Shown: positions 1 through 8,447, counted from the first letter of the stretch. The stretch is DNA of 22,914 bases from an uncultured Deinococcales bacterium (GCA_964247135.1 CAXTTL010000054.1:1-22914); one strand, 5' to 3'. Notes: a model not told the origin generated them from the letters alone. Program-made: numbers and translations.

Positions 1-429
1 GGCGGAGGTCAGATCGGCATTGTGCTCAAGATCGAGAATCGCAGCGCCTTCGAGAACCTGCCCGAGCTGCTGCTGGCGGCACTCAAGCATCCACCCGTCG
101 CGGTCATGATCGCTCGAGGTGATCTTGGGGTCGAAATCGGCTTTGAGCGGCTCGCCGAGGTTCAGGAGGAAATCCTCTGGCTCTGCGAGGCTGCACACGT
201 TCCGGTCATCTGGGCGACGCAGGTGCTCGAGTCGCTCGCCAATCAAGGTCTGCCCACCCGCGCCGAGGTGACCGACGCCGCGATGTCGGCTCGAGCCGAG
301 TGCGTGATGCTCAACAAAGGACCGTATATTCTCGAGGCGGTCTCATTTTTGGACAACGTTTTAAAGCGCATGAAGTCGCATCAGAACAAAAAAACCTCGA
401 TGATGCGCCGTTTGAAGGTGACGAGCTGA
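1..429 (+). CDS. pyk: Pyruvate kinase, 5'-partial; short form ending after the catalytic barrel (Pyk2-like)
   Basis: Frame open from base 1 ([13 protein letters not shown]). Motifs [30 protein letters not shown] and AECVMLNKG are present. Stop TGA 427-429, with no C-terminal regulatory domain. Confidence 0.93.
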   Translation, partial: GGGQIGIVLKIENRSAFENLPELLLAALKHPPVAVMIARGDLGVEIGFERLAEVQEEILWLCEAAHVPVIWATQVLESLANQGLPTRAEVTDAAMSARAECVMLNKGPYILEAVSFLDNVLKRMKSHQNKKTSMMRRLKVTS

Positions 430-434
430 ATCAA

Positions 435-597
435 TTCTCGAGTATCCTGAAATTCGTTACAACCACCAGTCACCACCCGAGGAGCAAAGAGCATGTCAAG
501 CGATGCCGTCTCAGAACCCTCTAAAACCTCGAGCGATCCCATTTTGGGACTTGGAAGCCAAGCCGCCCGTGCCAAGCTGGCTGAAGTCGGTCTGAAC
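435..597 (+). repeat. Repeat X copy 1: mgtA leader plus first ~35 codons
   Basis: Aligns with 3181-3330: about 18 mismatches in 150 aligned nt by hand, and copy 2 lacks 13 nt. Confidence 0.92.
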
Positions 598-3060
598 GAA
601 CTCTCGAGCGTCAAAACCCGTCCATTGTTGCTGCAATGGTTGTCGTACTTCGTGCAACCGCTCACGGCGATTTTGCTGATTGCCGCGCTCGTTTCTGGGA
701 TTTCGGGCGATTGGTTAAACGCCATTATTATTGTCGTGATCGTGGTCGGCAGCGTCGCGCTCGATTTTGTCCAGACGCAGCGCTCGCACGTGGCTGCCGA
801 ACGCCTTCGCAGCGTGGTTTCACCGACCGCCAGCGTCAAACGCGACGGCTCGTGGCTCGAGGTTCCGCGCAAAGAACTCGTTCCAGGCGATTTGATTCGA
901 CTTAAGGCGGGTGATCTTGTGCCCGCCGATGGGCGACTGGTTTCGGCGCGTGACCTGCACGTTCAACAAGCCGCCTTGACGGGCGAATCCATGCCCGTCG
1001 AAAAAAACGTGAGCGATAGTAAGCAAACACCAAATCTCGAGAATCCAGCCGATGCCAGCAACCTCGTCTTTGTCGGCTCGAGCGTGGTCAGTGGCAACGC
1101 CGAAGCGCTGGTCACCGCCACGGGTTCGCGCACCGCCTTTGGTGGCATTGTCACCAGCCTGGCTCGTCGCGCCCCAGAGACCGAGTTCGAGCGCGGCACG
1201 CGGTCTTTTAGTTTGTTCATTGTGCAGATTGTGCTGTTTTTGGTCTTGTTCGTCTTCGCGGTCAGCGCCTTTCACAAACGCGATCCGCTCGAGTCGCTGC
1301 TGTTTGCGGTGGCGCTGGCGGTCGGTTTAACCCCAGAATTTTTGCCGATGATCACGACCATCACGCTCTCCAACGGCGCGATTCGGATGTCCAAGCAAAA
1401 CGTGATCGTCAAGAACCTCTCGAGCATTCAAAACCTGGGACAGATCGACACGCTTTGCAGCGACAAAACCGGCACGCTCACCAGTGGCATCATGACGCTC
1501 GAGGGTCGGCTTGACCCGTTCGGCGCTGACAGCGACACGGTTTTTTTGCTGGCGTATCTGAACAGCCTGTTTGAAACTGGGATCACCAACCCGCTGAATA
1601 CCGCGATTCTCGAGACCAAAGACGCCAATCCGCTGGACCTTGCCATTCTCAAATCTGACCATCCAGACGTCAAACATTACACGAAACTCGACGAGGTTCC
1701 GTTCGATTTCGAGCGGCGTTGCGTGTCGGTGGTGGTCTCTCGAGCGACCCCTGCCGGCGAAGAACATCTGATGCTGACCAAGGGTGCACCGGAAAGCATC
1801 CTGAACCTTTGCACGGGTTTTGAACAAAATGGAGTTCAAACCCTGACTTCCGAAGCTCGAGCCAAAATTGAAACCGTGGTCAACAACCTTTCCGCTCAAG
1901 GCTACCGTGTGATTGCCGTGGCGTACCGCAACATGCCGCTCGAGGTACAACAAGCCGCGTACCATGCCAGCGACGAACACGATCTGGTGCTGGCAGGTTT
2001 TGTCACCTTCGTTGACCCGCCGCTGCCCGATGCCAAAGAAGTCTTGAACGCGCTGGCGGTGAAAGGCGTGACCGTCAAAATTTTAACGGGCGACAACGAA
2101 CTCGTGGCGCGGCACGTCTGCGAAACGGTCGGACTGAATGTTGGTAGAATTGTTCTGGGCAGCGAACTCGAGGGCATGACCGACACCGCACTGCTTCAGG
2201 TGGCAGACGCAAACACGGTCTTTGCCAGGGTTGCGCCCGCCCAAAAAAACCGCATCATCTTGGCACTCAAAGCCAGAAAACACGTGGTCGGTTACATGGG
2301 CGACGGCATCAACGACGCGCCCAGTTTGCACACCGCCGACGTGGGCATCAGCGTGGCGAACGCCACCGATGTTGCCAAAGACGCCGCCGATATTATTTTG
2401 CTCGAGCCTGGTTTGCGGGTGCTCCTGAGCGGCATTCTCGAGGGTCGTCGGGCGTTTGGCAACGTCATGAAGTACCTTCTCATGGGCACGAGTTCCAATT
2501 TTGGCAACATGTTTTCGATGGCTGGCGCGTCGTTGTTTTTGCCGTTCTTGCCGATGCTGCCGACCCAAATTCTGGTCAACAATTTCTTGTACGACCTGGC
2601 ACAAATCACCATCCCCAGCGACAACGTGGACCCTGCCTTCCTCGAGAAACCGCACCACTGGGACATCAGTTTGATTCGGCGTTTTATGTTCTGGATTGGT
2701 CCGATCAGTTCGGTCTACGATTTTCTGACTTTTTTTGTGCTCTTAAAAATCTTTGCCGCCAAAGAAGCCGAGTTTCACACGGGCTGGTTTGTCGAATCGC
2801 TGGCAACCCAAACCCTGGTCATTTTTGTGATTCGCACCTTCGGCAATCCGTTCCGCTCAAAGGCAAGTCCAGCGTTGAGTCTCACGGCGTTGGGTGTGGT
2901 GCTTGTCGGCGTGATCTTGCCCCTCACACCACTTGCCGAAATTCTTGGTTTTGTGCCTTTGCCAGCGCTTTATTTTGCGTTTCTGGGCGTGGCGACGCTG
3001 ACTTATTTGGGGTTGGTGGAACTGGTCAAACGGCGTTTGTTCGGGTCGGTCATGGGTTAA
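493..3060 (+). CDS. mgtA: Magnesium-translocating P-type ATPase (P3B)
   Basis: 855 aa. TGES, AVGLTPEFLPMI, CSDKTGTLT phosphorylation site, GDGINDAP, SSNFGN and FHTGWFVESL. GAGGAG RBS upstream. Confidence 0.95.
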   Translation: MSSDAVSEPSKTSSDPILGLGSQAARAKLAEVGLNELSSVKTRPLLLQWLSYFVQPLTAILLIAALVSGISGDWLNAIIIVVIVVGSVALDFVQTQRSHVAAERLRSVVSPTASVKRDGSWLEVPRKELVPGDLIRLKAGDLVPADGRLVSARDLHVQQAALTGESMPVEKNVSDSKQTPNLENPADASNLVFVGSSVVSGNAEALVTATGSRTAFGGIVTSLARRAPETEFERGTRSFSLFIVQIVLFLVLFVFAVSAFHKRDPLESLLFAVALAVGLTPEFLPMITTITLSNGAIRMSKQNVIVKNLSSIQNLGQIDTLCSDKTGTLTSGIMTLEGRLDPFGADSDTVFLLAYLNSLFETGITNPLNTAILETKDANPLDLAILKSDHPDVKHYTKLDEVPFDFERRCVSVVVSRATPAGEEHLMLTKGAPESILNLCTGFEQNGVQTLTSEARAKIETVVNNLSAQGYRVIAVAYRNMPLEVQQAAYHASDEHDLVLAGFVTFVDPPLPDAKEVLNALAVKGVTVKILTGDNELVARHVCETVGLNVGRIVLGSELEGMTDTALLQVADANTVFARVAPAQKNRIILALKARKHVVGYMGDGINDAPSLHTADVGISVANATDVAKDAADIILLEPGLRVLLSGILEGRRAFGNVMKYLLMGTSSNFGNMFSMAGASLFLPFLPMLPTQILVNNFLYDLAQITIPSDNVDPAFLEKPHHWDISLIRRFMFWIGPISSVYDFLTFFVLLKIFAAKEAEFHTGWFVESLATQTLVIFVIRTFGNPFRSKASPALSLTALGVVLVGVILPLTPLAEILGFVPLPALYFAFLGVATLTYLGLVELVKRRLFGSVMG

Positions 3061-3114
3061 CGCCTACTCAGAGGAATTTCTCGAGTCGTTCATTCAATGA
3101 TGCCCTGCCGTGCT

Positions 3115-3188
3115 CAAACCGTGAGTTCTGTCTCACCCCAAAACTGATAGGCTAGACCTCGAGCATTTGACCCAATTCTGTTCTCGAG
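3115..3188 (+). repeat. Repeat Y copy 1: duplicate of the murJ upstream/promoter region
   Basis: 3115-3164 matches 5707-5756 at 47/50 nt. Both copies continue to GTTCTCGAG at the same offset (ending 3188 and 5780). Confidence 0.92.
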
Positions 3189-3330
3189 TATCCTGAAATT
3201 CTTTGCAATCACCGATCATGACTCGAGGAGCAAAGAGTATGTCAAGCGATTCCATCTCAGAACCCTCTAAAAACTCGAGCGATGCTGCTTTGGGACCGCC
3301 CGTACAAAGCTGGCTGAAGTCGGTCTGAAC
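3181..3330 (+). pseudogene. Repeat X copy 2: frameshifted 5' remnant of mgtA
   Basis: RBS and ATG (3239) are retained. Reads MSSDSISEPSKNSSDAALG versus MSSDAVSEPSKTSSDPILG in mgtA. A 13-nt deletion shifts the frame to TGA at 3326-3328. Confidence 0.85.
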
Positions 3331-3421
3331 ATCTTGAGTGCAATAAGACCGCGCAAAAATGCCGCTTGATCGCGTCCCTCAAGGCGCATCATGACCGATC
3401 ATAGGGATAGTAGAGATTCAC

Positions 3422-3541
3422 ATGAGCAATTCTAAAAAAAATTCTTCCTTTCAAATAAACATTCCCAACGCAGATTTGGTTGACCTGCACGCCCGACTGA
3501 AGCGCACCCACTGGTCTGACGAACCTGAGCACACGGGTTGA
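3422..3541 (+). pseudogene. N-terminal remnant of a second epoxide hydrolase (EHN domain)
   Basis: Hand translation MSNSKKNSSFQINIPNADLVDLHARLKRTHWSDEPEHTG* aligns with FTIDIPQTVLDDLRDRLERTRLPDE of the gene at 4412. The TGA falls where family members usually have Trp (GW). Confidence 0.75.
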
Positions 3542-3647
3542 AGCTTAGAAATGCTACAGTGTCGAAATCGATCTCGAGCAATCCAGTTTGTTATCGTCCA
3601 CTCACGGATTTAACACGGTGAAAAGCTACGAATCAAGAAGGTCGAAT

Positions 3648-4322
3648 ATGAGCTTTCATCAGGAGGAAAGAGCGGGAGATTCGCCTTTTGCACGAACGAT
3701 CTTTCGTATTCGGTTCGAGGGCGACGGCTGTTTGATGGCGATTGCTGACGGCAGCCCAGACATAATCATCATCAAACAGCGCGGCGAATCGCGGATATTC
3801 TTTTCTGGGACGCGCACCAAAGCCGCACCTATTTTCTACAAAGAAGGCATGGAATTCATCGGGATTCGCCTCGCGGTGGGTGCGTTCCTGCCGCAGTTGC
3901 CGCCCGAAACCATGCTAGATTCGACGACCTTGCTGTCCTCAGCCACAGCTCGATCCTTCTGGCTGCACGACACCGCGTTGCCCCTGCCCGACTTTGAGGA
4001 TGCAGATGTCTTTATAAAGCGACTCGAGCGTCACGGTCTGATCACCCACGATGAAATGGTCAAGGCGACCTTACAAGAACAACCCAGCCCAGAATCGCTT
4101 CGGTCGGTGCAGCGCCGCTTCTTGAAAACCACAGGAATGACCCAAGCCTATATCCGGAAAATTGAACGGGCGCTTCACGCCGCAAACCTTCTACGGCAAG
4201 GTGTGTCCATCGCCGACACCATTTACCAGGCAGGCTACTTTGACCAGGCGCACCTGACCAAGGCGCTCAAACACATGACGGGTTACACACCGTCGCAACT
4301 TACCCCGCCAAGCAAGCCCTGA
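3648..4322 (+). CDS. AraC-family HTH transcriptional regulator (DUF6597-like N-terminus)
   Basis: C-terminal SLRSVQRRFLKTTG and AGYFDQAHLTKALKHMTGYTPSQ. ATG 3648 after AAGAAGG is preferred over TTG 3588. Confidence 0.9.
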   Translation: MSFHQEERAGDSPFARTIFRIRFEGDGCLMAIADGSPDIIIIKQRGESRIFFSGTRTKAAPIFYKEGMEFIGIRLAVGAFLPQLPPETMLDSTTLLSSATARSFWLHDTALPLPDFEDADVFIKRLERHGLITHDEMVKATLQEQPSPESLRSVQRRFLKTTGMTQAYIRKIERALHAANLLRQGVSIADTIYQAGYFDQAHLTKALKHMTGYTPSQLTPPSKP

Positions 4323-4328
4323 GTGGTT

Positions 4329-4371
4329 GTCGTTTTCGTACAAGACCGTTACGCGGTGGTCGCACTACAGT
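4329..4371 (+). promoter_or_regulatory. Putative AraC activator site plus -10 for the epoxide hydrolase
   Basis: GTCGTTTTCGTACAAGAC (GTC-N12-GAC, 4329-4346) lies just after the araC stop, at the -35 position relative to TACAGT (4366-4371). AGGAGG RBS at 4401. Confidence 0.55.
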
Positions 4372-4411
4372 CATCTGGGCGTTGACACGTCAGCCAGCTC
4401 AGGAGGCAATC

Positions 4412-5575
4412 ATGAAGATCAATCCGTTCACCATCGACATTCCACAAACCGTTCTCGACGACCTGCGCGACCGTCTCGAGCGCACCCGCTTGCCCGATGA
4501 ACTCGCCAGTGTTGAAGGAATTTACGGCGTACCGCTCGGCTACATCAAACGCCTCGTCGCGTACTGGCTGGACGGCTACGACTGGCGCAAACACGAGGCT
4601 GGACTGAATCAATACCCGCAGTTCACCACCGAAATCGACGGTCAGAACATTCACTTCTTGCACGTGCGTTCCCCAGAACCTGGTGCGCTGCCACTCATTC
4701 TGACGCACGGCTGGCCCGGCTCGGTCGTGGAATACCTCGACGTGATCGGTTCGCTCAGCGATCCTCGAGCGCACGGCGGTGATCCGGCAAACGCCTTTCA
4801 TTTGGTGATTCCCTCGCTCCCAGGATTCGGGTTCTCTGGACCCACGCACGAAACCGGTTGGAACCGCTATCGGACCGCCACAGCTTGGGCGGAACTGATG
4901 AGGCGACTGGGCTATGACCGCTACGGTGCAGTCGGCAACGACGCGGGATCGATGATCAATCCCGAACTCGGACGGATCGACCCCGAGCATGTCACTGGGC
5001 TTCACGTCACCCAGATTTTCTCGTTCCCATCCGGCGCTCCGGCAGAAATGGCGGACCTGACCCCAGAAGAGCAGCGCGAACTGGAAACGCTGCAATGGTT
5101 CTCCCAGAACAAACTTTCCTTCAACACACTCATGTCCCAGCAGCCTCAGACGCTGGCGTTTGCGCTATCGGATTCTCCGGTAGGTCTGCTCGCCTGGAAT
5201 GCCCAACTCTTCGGGGATGAATTCGATGACGATTTTGTTTTGACCAACGTCATGCTTTACTGGTTAACCAATACCGCCGCGTCTGCGGCTCGCTTCTACT
5301 ACGAAGATGCCCACGCGACACCGCCGAGTGGACAGACTACAGTACCCATCGGTCTGGCGGCATTCGCGGGTGATTTCAGTGGCATCCGCCGTTTCGCGGA
5401 TCGGGATCATTAGAACATCGTTCATTGGTCAACGTTCAACCGTGGAGGTCACTTTGCCGCCCATAAAGTTCCCGATTTGCTCGTTGGTGATGTGCGGGCG
5501 TTCTTTGGGTCGTTACGCGCAATGCCGCCAACAAAGTCTGATGCGCCTTCCAAGCAGGCTCGAGATTCTATCTGA
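4412..5575 (+). pseudogene. Epoxide hydrolase (EHN + alpha/beta hydrolase) interrupted by in-frame TAG at 5411-5413
   Basis: HGWPGS, VIPSLPGFGFS, nucleophile elbow GNDAG and DSPVGL. After the TAG the same frame continues NIVHWSTFNRGGHFAAHKVPDLLVGDVRAFF (catalytic His motif) to TGA 5573-5575. Confidence 0.88.
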
Positions 5576-5706
5576 GAACCAAAATAAAACCAGCGCTCGA
5601 GAAGTTTCTGGGTTGTGAAAGCGCAAGAATTTCTCGAGCATCGCTTCCAGCAAATTGGGTTCTACGGTCTTGATGCTCGAGTTTGTAAGATTGCAGCGGT
5701 TTTTGC

Positions 5707-5780
5707 CAAACCGTGAGTTCTGTCTCACCGCAAAACTGATAGTCTAAACCTCGAGCGCTCGCATTTTGGGCGTTCTCGAG
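5707..5780 (+). promoter_or_regulatory. Repeat Y copy 2: probable murJ promoter with palindromic site
   Basis: GTGAG-N6-CTCAC (5713-5728) and extended -10 TGaTAGTCT (5737-5745), about 40 nt before the murJ ATG. The copy at 3145-3153 reads TGaTAGGCT. Confidence 0.6.
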
Positions 5781-5785
5781 GATTC

Positions 5786-7405
5786 ATGACTGAAACAACC
5801 ACCGAACCCATCATCGAAACCCTGCCGCCTCGCCGCTCGAGCGCCCGCAACATCCTGACCGTGATGAGCGGCACGCTCGCCAGCCGCGTGCTGGGTTTGC
5901 TGCGCCAAGCCTTGTTTAACCGTTTGTTCAATTCCGAAATCACCGATGCGTTTAACCTCGCCTACCGCATTCCAAACCTTTTCCGCGAACTGCTCGCCGA
6001 GGGGGCGTTGACCAACAGCATCATTCCGGTTTACAAATCTTTGCCACTCGAGGAACGCCCAAAATTTGCCGCCAGTTTAACAGGCGCTCTGGCGGGACTG
6101 AATTTGCTGGTGGTCGGCTTTGGCATTCTGCTCGCGCCGTTCGTGGTTGGACTGCGCATGGCGGATCACTCGAGCATCAATTTTGCGCTTGCCTTGCAAC
6201 TGACGCGCATCGTCTGGCCATTTCTGGCGGGCATTTCCTTCAGTGCCCTGGCGATGGCGCTCTTGAACGCCTCTGAACATTTTGGCAGTTCCTCGTTCAG
6301 TCCGTTGGCGTTCAGTGTGGTCTCGATCATCGGGTTTTTATTATTCCCAAACAATGCCGTCATGCTTGCCGTCATGACCGTGATTGGCGGTTTCGCGCAG
6401 TTTTTTGTGCAAATTCCCAGCCTGCAAAAATTTGGTCTGATGCCCAAACTCGAGTTTTCCTGGCACCCCGCGCTCGGTAAAGCCTTGGGTCTGATGGTGC
6501 CGTTTACCTTCACCACGGGCACTCGAGAGTTGCTGTCGGTGGTGTTGACGGGCATTTTGACCTCGTTTCCAATTGGCGCGATGACGGGTTTCACCAACGC
6601 CGACACCATATTCTTGCTGGCGTTGGGTCTGTTCGCGGTTTCACCCGCCCTGGCGTTTTACCCGCGCCTCGCCGAGTACAGCGCCGCCAAAGACTGGACC
6701 AGTTTCCGCGACACGCTGCTGTCCGCCTCGAGGCTCGTGGTGTTCTTGACCGCCCCCGTGACCGCCGTGATTTTTGTGCTCGCGCCAAGTGTCACGAGTG
6801 CCATGTTTGAACTGACCGGACGCATCAGCAACGACAAATTTGTTTTCACGGTGGCGGCACTGCCACCGCTCGCGCTCGCCATGATTACCTGGGGTTTAAA
6901 CCAATTTTTGGTTCGCGCCTTTTACGTGCGGCAAAAAACCCGTGAAGCCATCGTGATTAACGTCGCAGGCTTTTTACTCAACACTGCCATGTATTACGTT
7001 CTCTCGAGGGGCGCACCGACGGCGTTGGCGTTCAAGGGGGTCAGTCCCGCGCAGGCTCAAATTTTGTTGAACGATGCCCTCGCGCATTACCAACGCATGA
7101 ATTACGGCACAACCTTGACGGGTTGTTTGATCGTGATTGTTTACCTGGTGACGCTGACCGCGCAGGTGCAACTGAACTGGAAAAAATTGGTTGGACACAT
7201 CATCAAGGTTTCAATCGCGGCGCTCGCGGCAGCACTGGTTGCCAATTTCATCTCGAGCTTGATTCCCTTGCATCGCGGGTTTATCAACGGCGCACTGCAT
7301 TTGGGTTTGGCTGGCGGTGCGGCATTGGCGGTTTACATTGGGCTTTGCACGGTGTTGCAGGTGCAAGAGGTGGCAGGGTTGCGGCGCAGATTCTTAAAAC
7401 GTTGA
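5786..7405 (+). CDS. murJ: Lipid II flippase MurJ (MviN)
   Basis: 539 aa polytopic membrane protein. SRVLGLLR, DAFNLAYRIPNLFRELLAEGAL and RAFY motifs. Confidence 0.95.
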   Translation: MTETTTEPIIETLPPRRSSARNILTVMSGTLASRVLGLLRQALFNRLFNSEITDAFNLAYRIPNLFRELLAEGALTNSIIPVYKSLPLEERPKFAASLTGALAGLNLLVVGFGILLAPFVVGLRMADHSSINFALALQLTRIVWPFLAGISFSALAMALLNASEHFGSSSFSPLAFSVVSIIGFLLFPNNAVMLAVMTVIGGFAQFFVQIPSLQKFGLMPKLEFSWHPALGKALGLMVPFTFTTGTRELLSVVLTGILTSFPIGAMTGFTNADTIFLLALGLFAVSPALAFYPRLAEYSAAKDWTSFRDTLLSASRLVVFLTAPVTAVIFVLAPSVTSAMFELTGRISNDKFVFTVAALPPLALAMITWGLNQFLVRAFYVRQKTREAIVINVAGFLLNTAMYYVLSRGAPTALAFKGVSPAQAQILLNDALAHYQRMNYGTTLTGCLIVIVYLVTLTAQVQLNWKKLVGHIIKVSIAALAAALVANFISSLIPLHRGFINGALHLGLAGGAALAVYIGLCTVLQVQEVAGLRRRFLKR

Positions 7406-7448
7406 CGCTCGAGAAGGTTTGATGAGTTTACGCTCATGGATTCCGAAT

Positions 7449-7463
7449 TAGATTTATTGAATG
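7449..7463 (+). promoter_or_regulatory. Putative leaderless promoter (-10 TAGATT, 6 nt, ATG)
   Basis: TAGATT-tattga-ATG with no Shine-Dalgarno sequence. Confidence 0.45.
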
Positions 7464-8447
7464 CCGCCCAAAAATACTCGAGCCTTCTTTTTTGTTTCAA
7501 TATTGAATCTGTTATTGCTGGTCTTGCTGTGGTTTATCGACGAGCGTTTTGCCGAACGCAACTGGTGGATCACCATTCTCGCTTACGTTCCGCAGCATCC
7601 TTTCGGTTTACTGACGCTTTTTTTGGTCGTGTGGGCAATTGTTAAACGCAATGCTCGAGGTGTGTTATTGCAGTTGCCCAGCCTTGTCTTGCTGTTGGTG
7701 TACTTTTTTGGTTTCAACATTCCTTTCGGCTCGAGCCATACCGTTCAAAACGGTGTTTCATTGCGGGTCATGAGTTACAACCTGTTTGGTAAAACCGCCA
7801 CCAGTACAGTCTTACAAGCCGCAAATGCAGACATTATTTGTGTTCAAGAATCTCGAGATCAAAACTTGCTCAAAGCCCTTCAACAAGCGCTGCCAAACTA
7901 TTTTATGGCGCATGAAGGTGAGGTCACGACCTTCTCGAGATTCCCAATTCTGACCACCAAAGTACAGCATTTAAAACGCAGTTGGCGCACCATCCTCGAG
8001 ACTGATCTTGATGTGAACGGCACAGTTGTTCGCGTGGTCAACGTTCATTTCAACACGCTGAACATTCAAGGTGGAAGCTACTATCAAAAACATCCAGAAT
8101 CTATGGCAGGGCGGGTCAGCACATCCATCGAAGATCGGCGGGAAGCCGTCAACATTTTGCTCGAGATTGCAGCAAACACGAACCTGCCGCTATTGATCTT
8201 GGGGGATTTCAACACGCCAACCCGAGGAACGTTGTACGGTGCTCTCAAAACACAACTCGAGGATGCGTTTGCAACGACGGGTTGGGGCTTTGGCTATTCG
8301 TTTCGCTCAGATTTGCCGTTGCTGAGGATTGATTACGTGTGGACAAATCCTTTCGTCAAACCGACTCGAGCATTTGTGATTAATACTCGAGCCTCAGACC
8401 ATCGTCCGTTGGTGGCTGAGGTTATAGTCAACCGCCCGACGCCCTGA
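7461..8447 (+). CDS. Membrane-anchored endonuclease/exonuclease/phosphatase (EEP) family protein
   Basis: About three N-terminal hydrophobic helices, then LRVMSYN, DIICVQE, NVH, GDFN, RIDYV and SDHRPL. Confidence 0.92.
   Translation: MPPKNTRAFFFVSILNLLLLVLLWFIDERFAERNWWITILAYVPQHPFGLLTLFLVVWAIVKRNARGVLLQLPSLVLLLVYFFGFNIPFGSSHTVQNGVSLRVMSYNLFGKTATSTVLQAANADIICVQESRDQNLLKALQQALPNYFMAHEGEVTTFSRFPILTTKVQHLKRSWRTILETDLDVNGTVVRVVNVHFNTLNIQGGSYYQKHPESMAGRVSTSIEDRREAVNILLEIAANTNLPLLILGDFNTPTRGTLYGALKTQLEDAFATTGWGFGYSFRSDLPLLRIDYVWTNPFVKPTRAFVINTRASDHRPLVAEVIVNRPTP

Noticed and set aside
430-492. Mg2+ riboswitch or MgtL-like leader before mgtA
   Set aside because: Only 63 nt, with no ATG-initiated proline-rich mini-ORF or large structure.
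3588-3647. Longer upstream starts in the track (araC 3588, hydrolase 4382, lutC 11115, epimerase 16245, rhaS 22574)
   Set aside because: Downstream ATGs have clear RBSs and family-typical N-termini, while the extensions run through promoter or repeat DNA.
5411-5413. Pyrrolysine or genome-wide TAG recoding
   Set aside because: Single instance at a non-catalytic position inside a decaying islet. No pyl genes in view, and TAG appears to terminate the 9581 ORF.
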